A DNA stretch of 64,000 bases, taken from positions 2,218 through 66,217 of the forward strand of contig JAAZYG010000022.1 in the NCBI GenBank assembly GCA_014239775.1, given 5' to 3'. The notes beneath the pieces were generated by a model. The model was not told the origin of the DNA. It saw nothing but the letters and a program-made list of their open reading frames with translations, and searched no databases. Each line of letters opens with the position of its first letter. Position 1 is the stretch's first letter. Positions 60,060-64,000 of the stretch are shown piece after piece. The position numbers were made by a program, and so were the translations under genes. This DNA is from Candidatus Uhrbacteria bacterium. Its GTDB lineage: Bacteria > Patescibacteriota > Patescibacteriia > UBA9934 > GWF2-40-263.

Positions 60060-60088
60060 TTGACAAAATCACAATAATGTGTTAATTT
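60060..60088 (+). promoter_or_regulatory. near-consensus promoter TTGACA, 17 nt, TGtTAATTT driving the ncRNA candidate
   Basis: Perfect -35, 17-nt spacer and extended -10. Confidence 0.4.
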
Positions 60089-60094
60089 AGCGTC

Positions 60095-60252
60095 AATCTT
60101 GAGTCAAATAGAATTCTAGAATTCTACGCAGATGATTGCGTTTGATGACCCAAGGGTTGTATTACCTGAATCATATTGGGAGTACGACATGCGCTAAGCT
60201 GTACTTAGTTAGTCGCGTGCTAAGCCCACTAATTTATTAGTGGGCTTTTTAT
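60095..60252 (+). ncRNA. candidate small RNA (about 155 nt) of unknown family with intrinsic terminator
   Basis: Promoter upstream. 18-bp perfect palindrome TAGAATTCTAGAATTCTA at 60109-60126. Internal hairpins ACGCAgatgatTGCGT and ACCCAAG...TTGGGAG. Terminator AAGCCCACTAAtttaTTAGTGGGCTTTTT. No protein-like ORF. Confidence 0.3.
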
Positions 60253-60323
60253 TTTATTTTTTGTTTTTGTATTTTTCTAATTAAATCGTTTGACATAAAC
60301 AAGAATATTTATTATTCTTTTGC

Positions 60324-60400
60324 CGCGGGGTAGAGCAGTCTGGCAGCTCGTTGGGCTCATAACCCAAAGGTCACCGGTTCAAATCCGGTCCCCGCAACCA
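60324..60400 (+). tRNA. initiator tRNA-fMet (CAT)
   Basis: C1:A72 acceptor mismatch and three G:C pairs closing the anticodon stem (TTGGG-CTCATAA-CCCAA). T-arm ACCGG-TTCAAAT-CCGGT. CCA encoded. Confidence 0.85.
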
Positions 60401-60520
60401 AAAATGACTCAGATTAAATTCTGGGTCTTTTTTGTATATAATTTTACTTTCATCAAAACAAAAAATCCTATATAATAACCACATATAAGTGGGGTTGTTT
60501 TTTATTCCTACCTATTATTT

Positions 60521-61294
60521 ATGGCTCATATTATATCTGTAGTTAACCAAAAGGGAGGAGTTGGTAAAACAACAACAACATTAAATTTAGCGGCGTATCT
60601 TGCTCATTTGGGCAAGTTTGTTTTGTTGGTTGATATAGATCCACAAGCAAATGCAACTTCAGGTTTAGGCGTGGATCACAATACATTACCAAGAGGTATT
60701 TATGAGGCAATTGTAGGCTCTCATTCTGCAAGAAATTTAATACATGAAACAGAGCATGATGGTTTGAAGATACTTCCTGCAACGCAAGCTTTGGCAGGTG
60801 CTTCTGTTGAATTAGTAAATGCTGAAGAACGAGAACATTACTTACGTAAAGCGTTACTCGAAGTAAAAAATGATTACGATTACATTTTAATAGACAACCC
60901 ACCATCACTAGGCATGCTTACATTAAATGGTTTGGTTGCAGCAGATTCAGTTTTGATACCTGTTCAAGCAGAATACTATGCACTAGAGGGATTAACGCAG
61001 CTCTTGAACACAATAAATCTTGTGCGTGATAATTTGAGACCGGATTTAGATATAATGGGAGCAATTATTACAATGTATGATTCACGAACAAAACTTTCAA
61101 AAGAAGTACTTGAAGAATTGTATAGATTTTTTCCAGATAAAATTTTTAGATCTGTGATACCTCGCTCTGTGAGACTTGCTGAAGCACCATCGTTTGGAAA
61201 AACAATTTTAGGATATGAACCGTCATCAAAGGCGGCAACGGCATATCATAGATTAGCAAAAGAATTTATAATGCGAGATGAAGGTAAACTTTAA
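60521..61294 (+). CDS. parA: chromosome partitioning ATPase ParA/Soj
   Basis: Deviant Walker A VVNQKGGVGKTTTT. Confidence 0.9.
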   Translation: MAHIISVVNQKGGVGKTTTTLNLAAYLAHLGKFVLLVDIDPQANATSGLGVDHNTLPRGIYEAIVGSHSARNLIHETEHDGLKILPATQALAGASVELVNAEEREHYLRKALLEVKNDYDYILIDNPPSLGMLTLNGLVAADSVLIPVQAEYYALEGLTQLLNTINLVRDNLRPDLDIMGAIITMYDSRTKLSKEVLEELYRFFPDKIFRSVIPRSVRLAEAPSFGKTILGYEPSSKAATAYHRLAKEFIMRDEGKL

Positions 61295-61295
61295 T

Positions 61296-62147
61296 ATGAG
61301 CGCAAGACCAGTACTTGGAAGGGGGTTGGGTGCCTTGATTCCACAAAAAAAATCTTTAACGGAACAAATTATACCTGAAGCAAGACAGGAGATTCTTGAT
61401 GTTGAGATAAATAAAATTAAAACAAACCCACGACAACCGCGTAAATATTTTTCACCAAGTGATTTAGAGGATCTTATTAATTCCATTCAAGAATATGGAA
61501 TCCTTCAACCACTGATTGTAACAAAGATAAAAGATGGCTATGAGTTAATTGCAGGTGAACGTAGGTTAAGAGCATCAACTACATTAGGTCTCAATACGGT
61601 TCCAGCCATAGTTCGCAATGCCACAGACCAAGAAAAATTAGAATTAGCTTTAATTGAGAATATACAAAGAGCTGATTTAAATGTGATCGAGGAGGCTATA
61701 GCGTATAAGGCATTGATGGATGAATTTAATTTATCACAAAATGATGTTGCTAAAAGGGTTGGTAAAAGCAGGCCTGTTGTTGCTAATGCAATAAGGTTAC
61801 TAGATCTACCAGAAAATATTTTAGATGCATTGATTGATGGTAGGATTTATAAAAGTCACGCTCGTGCACTTCTTGCAGAAACTGATTCAACAAAGCAAGA
61901 TCAGATGTTTAGAAAAATGTTAAAGGGCGAGATGACTGCAGTAGAAGCTGAATCAAAAGCAACAGGATTAATGCCAAAGCGACAAAAAAAAGGTAAAGAT
62001 CCAAATATAATTGCACACGAAAAAAGGTTAAGAGAGATATTAGGCACAAAAGTTTCAATTAATGAATCTGCAGGAAAAGGAGCTGTTACATTATATTTTT
62101 ACTCAAGAGAGGAGTTGATGGATTTGTTAGATGTTATAACAGAATAA
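61296..62147 (+). CDS. parB: chromosome partitioning protein ParB/Spo0J
   Basis: ParB box GERRLRAS and HTH region. Start taken at the Met after the parA stop. Confidence 0.9.
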   Translation: MSARPVLGRGLGALIPQKKSLTEQIIPEARQEILDVEINKIKTNPRQPRKYFSPSDLEDLINSIQEYGILQPLIVTKIKDGYELIAGERRLRASTTLGLNTVPAIVRNATDQEKLELALIENIQRADLNVIEEAIAYKALMDEFNLSQNDVAKRVGKSRPVVANAIRLLDLPENILDALIDGRIYKSHARALLAETDSTKQDQMFRKMLKGEMTAVEAESKATGLMPKRQKKGKDPNIIAHEKRLREILGTKVSINESAGKGAVTLYFYSREELMDLLDVITE

Positions 62148-62172
62148 AAATAGGGCTCATGGCCCTATTTTT
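62146..62172. terminator. bidirectional terminator AAAAATAGGGCtcatgGCCCTATTTTT between parB and rel
   Basis: Perfect stem with symmetric A-run and T-run, between convergent genes. Confidence 0.6.
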
Positions 62173-63670
62173 ATTTTTTACCTCTTTCTCTTCCTTTAAG
62201 AACTTCTGCAAACCAACCTTTAACTGTGTTTTTGGTGGCTTCTTTTATTTTGTTTCTAGCATGTCTAGTTTTAACAAATTTCATCCAATCTGGATTAGGT
62301 CCTTTTCTATTTTTATCAGTTAAAATTTCAATAATATCACCAGAATTTAGTACAGTATCTAGATTTTTCATTATGTCATTAATTCTTGCTGACACACATT
62401 TATTTCCTACTTCAGAATGAATTGCGTATGCAAAATCTACAGGCGTTGCTCCTTCAGGTAGATCAATTACATCACCCTGTGGGGTAAAAACAAATATACG
62501 ATCATTAAAGACGTCTATTTTCATGAACTCAAGTTGCTCTAAAAAGTCTTTTTTTGTTTCTAGTTCTTTTTGAATTTGAGCTAGTTCCTCAATCCATCTG
62601 GTATTTTTATTATCAAGTGATCCATCTTGTTTGTACCTCCAATGTGCCGCTACTCCATATTCAGCCAATTCATGCATTTCAGTTGTCCTGATTTGAAACT
62701 CAACTATCTCGCCATTGTCTGTAAAGACTGTTGTATGAAGCGATTGGTAACCGTTTGGTTTTGGTTGTGCAAGATAATCCTTAATACGACCAGGAACAGG
62801 TCTCCATTTTTGGTGTAACATTCCGAGCACTGAATAACATTCCTCTACATCGTTTACAATAATTCTAATGGCAATTAAATCATATATTTTACTCAAGTCA
62901 CCATGGTATTTGGTCATTTTTTTATAAAGACTATAAAGTCGTTTTACACGTCCGTGCACCTGAACTTCTTTATGTGATGAGTGTAGTAATACTTTTTCTG
63001 TTTCATCAATTATTCTACTTACATATGCACCTTTTTCGCGAACTTTAATATCCATGATTGTTTTCATTCTTTCATATTCTTTTGGTTGTAGATATGCAAA
63101 AGATTGATCCTCAAGTTCACCTTTAAATTCACTCATACCCAAACGGCTGGCGATGGGCGCAAAAATCTCTAAAGATTCACGTGCAATACGTTCTTGTTTA
63201 TGTTTAGGTTGGCCGTATAGTGTCTGTAGGTTATGTAGTCGATCTGCAAATTTCATAAAAACTACACGCACATCACTTGCCATGGCTAAAAACATTTTCT
63301 GTAAATTTTCTGCATATCTCTCTACTCCACGGTATTTTACAGATTGCTTTAGTTTGGTGACGTTATAAACCAATGACGCAATATCATCACCAAATAATTT
63401 TTTTAAATCTTCAATTTCAAAATCTGTATCTTCAACAATATCGTGTAGCAATCCGGCCATAACAACATTTAAATGCAAACCCATATCAGCTAATTTATAA
63501 GCTACAGCTACAGGATGCGTTATAAATGGATGACCAGTTAATCTCATCTCACCTTCATGTGCCTTTCTTGCCATTTCATAAGCACTACGTAGTGTTTTTA
63601 TGTCAGGATTAACATAGTTTCTTTCAACCAAATCCTCTAATTCTTCATATGTATATACAATTGCACTCAT
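62171..63670 (-). CDS. rel: short bifunctional-type Rel (RSH): HD hydrolase, synthetase and TGS domains, lacking the distal C-terminal domains
   Basis: HD motif HPVAVAYKLADMGL...AGLLHDIVEDT. Synthetase motifs GRVKRLYSLYKKM, DLIAIRIIV and YQSLHTTV...EFQIRT...AHWRYK. TGS-like VFTPQGDVIDLPEGATPVDFAYAIHSEVG. 499 aa. Confidence 0.9.
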   Translation of the reverse strand: MSAIVYTYEELEDLVERNYVNPDIKTLRSAYEMARKAHEGEMRLTGHPFITHPVAVAYKLADMGLHLNVVMAGLLHDIVEDTDFEIEDLKKLFGDDIASLVYNVTKLKQSVKYRGVERYAENLQKMFLAMASDVRVVFMKFADRLHNLQTLYGQPKHKQERIARESLEIFAPIASRLGMSEFKGELEDQSFAYLQPKEYERMKTIMDIKVREKGAYVSRIIDETEKVLLHSSHKEVQVHGRVKRLYSLYKKMTKYHGDLSKIYDLIAIRIIVNDVEECYSVLGMLHQKWRPVPGRIKDYLAQPKPNGYQSLHTTVFTDNGEIVEFQIRTTEMHELAEYGVAAHWRYKQDGSLDNKNTRWIEELAQIQKELETKKDFLEQLEFMKIDVFNDRIFVFTPQGDVIDLPEGATPVDFAYAIHSEVGNKCVSARINDIMKNLDTVLNSGDIIEILTDKNRKGPNPDWMKFVKTRHARNKIKEATKNTVKGWFAEVLKGRERGKK

Positions 63671-63771
63671 ACTTATAGTAAGATACAGTTAGATAATATA
63701 ACTGTAAAGGTTGTTATGGTCATTGACCAGCATATTCATTATGCTAAACTTACAAAGAATTAATAAGACAT

Positions 63772-64000
63772 ATGACAAGCAGAGAAAGAGAGTTTCCGCA
63801 ACATGATTCTGATTCTGAAACTGAACATTGGCATTCACACGAACTACCATCAGAAGGTGATGGGTCAATAGATGTGAAAACGACCAGAATAGAAGTTGAA
63901 GAGGAGTACGATTCTGCAGAAGCACTTGCAGAAGCAGAAAGAATTGCTGCAGAGCATGAATCTGATTTGCACGGTGATGTTAGAAGAGTTGTTCATACAA
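63772..64000 (+). CDS. hypothetical acidic protein, 3' end outside window
   Basis: Open frame from the ATG at 63772 to the window end, encoding MTSREREFPQHDSDSETEHWHSHELPSEGDG... Not in the ORF track because no stop lies within the window. Confidence 0.35.
   Translation, partial: MTSREREFPQHDSDSETEHWHSHELPSEGDGSIDVKTTRIEVEEEYDSAEALAEAERIAAEHESDLHGDVRRVVHT

Noticed and set aside
60109-60126. 18-bp palindrome read as an EcoRI-XbaI-EcoRI polylinker, i.e. a cloning or assembly artefact
   Set aside because: It cannot be excluded from sequence alone. But it is embedded in A/T-rich native-looking context with an intact promoter and terminator around it, so it is retained as a candidate operator or hairpin and flagged in the findings instead.
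1-64000. Genome-wide stop-codon reassignment (code 4/25-like, or TAG/TAA as sense) as the explanation for the in-frame stops in the dehydrogenase and aspS
   Set aside because: All three stop codons end conserved proteins exactly where homologs end: truB and trxA end in TGA, rny and proS in TAG, and most others in TAA. The two internal stops are therefore local events, not a recoded genetic code.

Overview
This is a low-GC (about 35%) bacterial chromosomal segment of roughly 55 genes. Gene content and architecture look like a reduced Patescibacteria/CPR-like genome, but that placement is inference from sequence features only. The standard code with all three stops is in use: truB ends in TGA, rny and proS end in TAG, and most other genes end in TAA. 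The backbone is housekeeping: proS (5' partial), an MFS transporter, HU, rny, truB, infB, trxA-trxB, a Glu/Leu/Phe/Val dehydrogenase, leuS, a NUDIX hydrolase, a UDP-glucose dehydrogenase, comEC in two pieces, ndk, murA and an M50 protease. It continues with the str operon (rpsL-rpsG-fusA, then tuf), then a near-complete S10-spc ribosomal cluster from rpsJ to rplO followed by secY-adk-map, and then ruvX, recO, asnS, aspS, scpAB, a D-Ala-D-Ala carboxypeptidase, a GT4 glycosyltransferase, three tRNAs (Leu-CAA, Met-CAT, initiator fMet-CAT), parAB and a short Rel (RSH). No L30 gene lies between rpsE and rplO, and several r-proteins carry K/E-rich extensions. Two core genes carry single in-frame nonsense codons without any frameshift: TAA in the dehydrogenase at 9359-9361 and TAG in aspS at 54712-54714. 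The most interesting accessory content is: (i) a self-contained module at 17.5-19.6 kb encoding a highly divergent second RelA/SpoT-homolog-like protein (degenerate HD-like N-terminus plus synthetase-like motifs) with its own promoter, RBS and terminators, flanked by small ORFs and a GC-richer structured non-coding stretch; (ii) a tandem pair of paralogous Cys-rich (C-x2-C...C-x2-C) proteins of unknown function divergent from rpsL at 29.7-32.0 kb; (iii) an APH-fold kinase plus an acidic YefM/Phd-like protein wedged between fusA and tuf; (iv) candidate small RNAs or leaders with intact promoter and terminator at 1.2-1.4 kb, 39.2 kb and 60.1-60.25 kb, the last carrying a perfect 18-bp palindrome. 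No CRISPR array, transposase or integrase was seen. Hand-derived coordinates of non-CDS features may be off by 1-2 nt.
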